A stretch of 53,447 nt of DNA. Origin: Clostridia bacterium. GTDB taxonomy: Bacteria > Patescibacteriota > Microgenomatia > UM-FILTER-40-11. The notes under the pieces were generated by a model, which was given only the letters and a program-made list of their open reading frames with translations, was not told the DNA's origin and searched no databases. The stretch covers positions 1 to 53,447 of the forward strand of contig DATKVU010000171.1 of assembly GCA_035529915.1 (NCBI GenBank), given 5' to 3'. Shown here piece by piece: positions 53,401 to 53,447 of the stretch. The position numbers and the translations under genes were made by a program. The stretch's first letter is position 1. The number at the start of each line of letters is the position of its first letter.

Positions 53401-53446
53401 GCATATAAGTAGCAGTATTATCCCAAGACCAGTAAGTTTGATCTGA
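50438..53446 (-). CDS. Giant LamG/concanavalin-A-like lectin repeat protein with a C-terminal FN3 domain; probably continues beyond the window
   Basis: Repeated Laminin_G_3-type signatures (WHLEE/WHLDE...G.DSSGN...F.G....I...; EAWVK, FWVKA; IDEVRVS, IDEFRA). The frame stays open upstream of ATG 53404 to the window edge. Confidence 0.8.
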   Translation of the reverse strand, partial: SDQTYWSWDNTATYMPKTKTDESTIKMEGNGSMKLSFGPPQAITNTVALWHLEETGTGVGTTFYDSSGNNKHGIGANMPTITEGFSGKGRDFNGSSNYINLGTGLNSITTLPITVEAWVKIDSQTGSPMIVQQNGNTTNYYGFRFGVVGTYQLDISYGDGTVIGATSRRSKTTATNAVTTGQWYHLASVIRGATDMSIYINGADAGGTYTGSGGSMAVSGSGNIGRSVFATTSYFDGIIDEVRVSNSARTTEEIAEAYRAGRDHRLSRTISSTDLSSKTKLPFYVASDRQGTFLNAAIGESAFASYEPDANTVGFWHLDEQGPEREIYDSSNNNDDGEYLNEKFEGFDSQDTSFWTINATYQTIPYNLGGENVLKMIGDGTYRKFNQTTPSLTSGEEVIFDFQRTATSTWHIGALETSDGAYRWCIQEDGAGNIWVQYNDGGGWQYPKTLITSAQTGVWYTGLLRVDDTNGFYLKVWEKDDPSVNGDYSCAMPTGQTWRFASWAISASAAYIDNFKITYTDPTNITQGKIGKARYFNGSSDFIRVDDAAGIHNNSAYTLSFWVKAPSNLEDKRVFSEGSSTSNNPLLAIGTGLTASSTNSKLRVFIRSDDGVGRLDVMTNTPVFNNNWNHVVYTDNNGTYKVYVNGALDISGTYTRATTTINKATIGAIGRAAYGGFFNGIIDEFRADSVVHPADEIRQAYEVSQRTHPITIDFKAKLNSDLITGSGDTSFTIDGTAYGAQNMGDNLYAGDKIIIKEKVGATEYLAQGTVTSVTASSGAVTVDEWDTGSTVPNNGFTANSTVSKWQREYFDITGSLSTHRNTTTKVTLRITDGSSGANVWLDDFRSVGNYLTNSTGSTITSSLGKRYFQYRTIFSSNDKAVSPSLTSVTLDYEYLYTPTGCLLEEHPQDSQIIVKWNDTNTIETGYQIQKNTDGAGFVDLITKDPDSTSHTDSSTSGNHTYQYRIRAEKSGVYSDWCSTSQLDLGQGSFKFEGIRMEGVRID

Positions 53447-53447
53447 A

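Noticed and set aside
44122-53446. A diversity-generating retroelement, suggested by two Avd-family four-helix-bundle genes next to giant surface-protein genes.
   Set aside because: No ORF in the window has a reverse-transcriptase motif (YxDD). I found no template/variable repeat pair. The differences between the one strongly similar repeat pair (41.9-42.6 kb versus 42.9-43.6 kb) are of all substitution types and not adenine-specific.

Overview
The window looks like a fragment of a small, roughly 40% GC Patescibacteria/CPR-type genome. It uses the standard genetic code, because TGA acts as a stop in ATGA gene overlaps.

Contents in order:
- Housekeeping genes: an EndoQ-like nuclease, pth, trxA, trxB, gdh and a ferredoxin.
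- Two exported thioredoxin-fold proteins and a SpoU/TrmH methyltransferase.
- An unusual rRNA locus at about 19.3-27.3 kb.
- rpsA, radA, an orphan pyrB behind a tandem-terminator leader, and rho.
- An M23/LysM peptidase and several clusters of Pro/Thr-linker, Cys-rich surface proteins (cohesin-like, dockerin-like, PKD, FN3, LamG).
- A HigB/HigA-like toxin-antitoxin pair, three tRNA-Ala genes and one tRNA-Ile gene, and an O-antigen-ligase/TPR membrane protein.

The most notable observations:
1. A tandemly duplicated two-gene module on the minus strand (4894-11087). Each copy pairs a regulator (STAND/AAA-like domain with a degenerate P-loop plus an OmpR-type winged helix) with a large uncharacterised protein. 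Direct repeats phased at about 11 bp sit in the module's promoter regions.
2. Both 16S and 23S carry group I introns with LAGLIDADG homing-endonuclease ORFs. The 16S ORF is frameshifted, and the 23S intron sits at the I-CreI-equivalent site.
3. An identical 17-nt palindromic hairpin, CCCGATGTTACATCGGG, occurs five times across the rRNA locus, in both introns and in three 23S helices.
4. The rRNA locus is interrupted by terminators and a protein gene between tRNA-Ile and tRNA-Ala.
5. Two Avd/23S-IVS-family four-helix-bundle genes each lie directly downstream of a giant surface-protein gene, flanked by complementary short-period repeats.

No CRISPR array, reverse transcriptase or transposase was seen. 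All functional calls rest on motif recognition by eye. No database search was run.
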